Of a stretch of 59,398 nt of DNA, positions 57,645-59,398 are shown piece by piece (positions within the stretch are counted from its first letter, which is position 1; every line of letters begins with the position of its first letter). A program made the position numbers and the translations under genes. The DNA comes from a virus (lineage: Duplodnaviria > Caudoviricetes): positions 1-59,398 of IMG/VR virus record IMGVR_UViG_3300017985_000016. One strand, given 5' to 3'. A model generated the notes under the pieces. The model had not been told where the DNA came from. It made no database searches and saw only the letters and a list, made by a program, of their open reading frames with translations.

Positions 57645-59398
57645 TAACTGTAATTGTATTGTTCATACTACCATGGTTTGCACACTGATAGTAATATGTT
57701 CCTGCAACTGCAGTCCACTGAAGAACTGCACCACCTTGTCCAGTTACATTTGGCAACTGGTTACCTGTTCCCGCACCTTGTGTCGTCTTCAGATAGAACG
57801 GATGAGAACTTTGTGTACCACTGTCAATGTTAAATTGAACCCTATCACCTACATTGAATACTAATGGTGGTTGTGCACCATTGATGTAGTTTGTGGATCT
57901 ATCTGCACCATTAATCACATAATCAAATATTGGTGTACTAATATTAATAGTGTGCGTTGGCGAGAAGTTCAATGATGTATCGTTAAGTGTATAATCTGGT
58001 GATGTATACACAACAGGACCAACACCGCTACCAGTTCTTAGTGTAACGTGCCAAGTTTCTGCGCCTTCCGTGAAGTTGTCTGCAACTGCAGCCACAGAGA
58101 AACCACCGACACCATTGTTCATGACAATATTACCAGATTGGAAGGAGAAGTCACTATCACGATCTGGTCTTGGACCAATCGCCCAATACAATGGAGTACC
58201 ATTTGGCCATCCAGGCACAGAGACACTAAATGTTTTTGTTGCACCCTCATCCAATGATGTTGAACCAATTGGAGTAACGGTGTAAGTATAACTACCACCA
58301 CCACTAACAGATGAGTCATTATCAGATGTGACAACTTCTGTATCTGAAAAGATATTAGAAAAGTCAACAGTTAAGTTGTTAATATCACCAATATCTAGTG
58401 GTGATGTAGACTCACCATCGTCATTAAAGATACGAAGGAATCTTTGTTTTACACCAGATTTTTCAGGACCTGCAGCAAACTTTCTTTGGTAATAGAATTT
58501 ACCAAACATTTTTGTACCCGCAGTATGCATGTTTTCTCTTAAGAAGTCCTCATATACAGGTTGTCCCAACATACTACGGATCTCGTAAGAATACTCTTGG
58601 TAGTAATCACTATCTTGAATTCTCATAGAAGAGTCAAAATACGCATAAGTATTTGCGCTATCTACTTCATAACCATTCAAGTGAGAAGTAAAGTCTGACC
58701 AATACCCCTCTGTAACACCTTGTGTTTCTGCAGTAATTGTACCCTTCGCAACACGAATATTGTTATTTGCAAGATATGCAGTTCCACCATTAACATATCC
58801 AAATCCTGAGTTGAATATTTTCGCAGATGCAATCTTACCTGTAGCGAACTGAACTTCCGCATCAATTTCTGCGTTGTCACCAAATCTTCTAGATTCGTAA
58901 TCTCTTTCAACTCCTAAGATATTAAATCTTTGAGCGTTAGGTCTGATGACATCGTTTGTTCCTGTAAATCCATAGTATGCATAAGGCGTGAAAGTAACCG
59001 AACCAACTTGGGTGTTACTACTACGAACAATACCTCTAACATTTGTGTTAGCTTCTGTGATAATTTCACCAATATTAAACGAACCTGCAGATGCAGGAGT
59101 AGTCAACTGAATAATCTGGTCCTTACGATCAAAGATCATCATCTGACTATCTTGTGCAATCGCCCAAACATCGTTAGTATAGTTTACGCCTGGATCGACA
59201 TTTCTAAAGATGTCAATTCTACCAATGTCGAAAGGTGTTAAGTCAAACGCTTCGTTCAATGGTGTTGCAAGTGTAACTGGATTTGCAGTACCAGACATTG
59301 CTTGTCCTGCAGGCGGAACATCGTTGTAGTTAGAAGAGTTAATTAAAACATTAACGAATGGTTGGATTGGATCTGTGATGAGAGAAACAGTTTCGACA
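57640..59398 (-). CDS. Baseplate wedge initiator gp7-like, 3' part, with appended Calx-beta-like and cupredoxin-like domains (5' end outside the window)
   Basis: The frame stays open to the window edge (VETVSLITDPIQPF...AMSG). Contains SGFGY, RIQDSDYYQEYSYEIRS and H.AGTK.FG (gp7-like), DEG..KTF.V...D..TEGAET..VTL (Calx-beta-like), and HPFY...YYYQCANHGSM. Confidence 0.75.
   Translation of the reverse strand, partial: VETVSLITDPIQPFVNVLINSSNYNDVPPAGQAMSGTANPVTLATPLNEAFDLTPFDIGRIDIFRNVDPGVNYTNDVWAIAQDSQMMIFDRKDQIIQLTTPASAGSFNIGEIITEANTNVRGIVRSSNTQVGSVTFTPYAYYGFTGTNDVIRPNAQRFNILGVERDYESRRFGDNAEIDAEVQFATGKIASAKIFNSGFGYVNGGTAYLANNNIRVAKGTITAETQGVTEGYWSDFTSHLNGYEVDSANTYAYFDSSMRIQDSDYYQEYSYEIRSMLGQPVYEDFLRENMHTAGTKMFGKFYYQRKFAAGPEKSGVKQRFLRIFNDDGESTSPLDIGDINNLTVDFSNIFSDTEVVTSDNDSSVSGGGSYTYTVTPIGSTSLDEGATKTFSVSVPGWPNGTPLYWAIGPRPDRDSDFSFQSGNIVMNNGVGGFSVAAVADNFTEGAETWHVTLRTGSGVGPVVYTSPDYTLNDTSLNFSPTHTINISTPIFDYVINGADRSTNYINGAQPPLVFNVGDRVQFNIDSGTQSSHPFYLKTTQGAGTGNQLPNVTGQGGAVLQWTAVAGTYYYQCANHGSMNNTITVT

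Noticed and set aside
334-59241. Plus-strand ORFs in the six-frame track (e.g. 6747-7202, 21845-22360, 45306-45929)
   Set aside because: All are antisense to well-supported minus-strand genes, which already tile the window. None shows a recognisable motif.
59296-59298. ATG at 59298 as the start of the gp7-like gene
   Set aside because: The frame is open to the window edge, so this is an internal Met of a longer gene.
1-59398. tRNA/ncRNA genes and rho-independent terminators
   Set aside because: Intergenic gaps are at most about 70 nt and AT-rich. No cloverleaf or GC hairpin with a U-tract was seen.

Overview
A 59.4 kb, entirely minus-strand segment of the virion morphogenesis region of a large T4-like (Tevenvirinae/cyanomyovirus-like) myophage. 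It is AT-rich and densely coding, with T4 late-promoter motifs (TATAAATA and NATAAATA variants). In transcription order (right to left) it holds: a partial gp7-like baseplate wedge protein, a gp9/gp10-like connector, an S8 protease, gp8, a VrlC-like protein, a mini S74 fibre and four giant fibre/virion proteins (3758, 1301 collagen-like, 2187 and about 3293 aa). Then come two small paralogues, a three-gene sugar-enzyme cassette under a perfect sigma70 promoter, gp13-14-15-16-17-18-19-20, two small prohead genes and the start of gp21. Top unexplained signals: (1) eleven helical repeats in the 3758-aa protein carry a K-C-x-R-D-x-G-Y motif that matches the bilin-attachment helix of phycobiliproteins; (2) two virion proteins carry cupredoxin-like domains with complete His/Cys/His/Met ligand sets, and a third carries a ligand-less copy; (3) every CCWGG/CCGG site found by eye sits in a GCC/GGC context, suggesting a restriction-versus-modification footprint; (4) an early-type glyco cassette is embedded in the late region; (5) a subtilase has an apparent Glu-His-Ser triad. 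All assignments come from motif recognition by eye, with no database searches.
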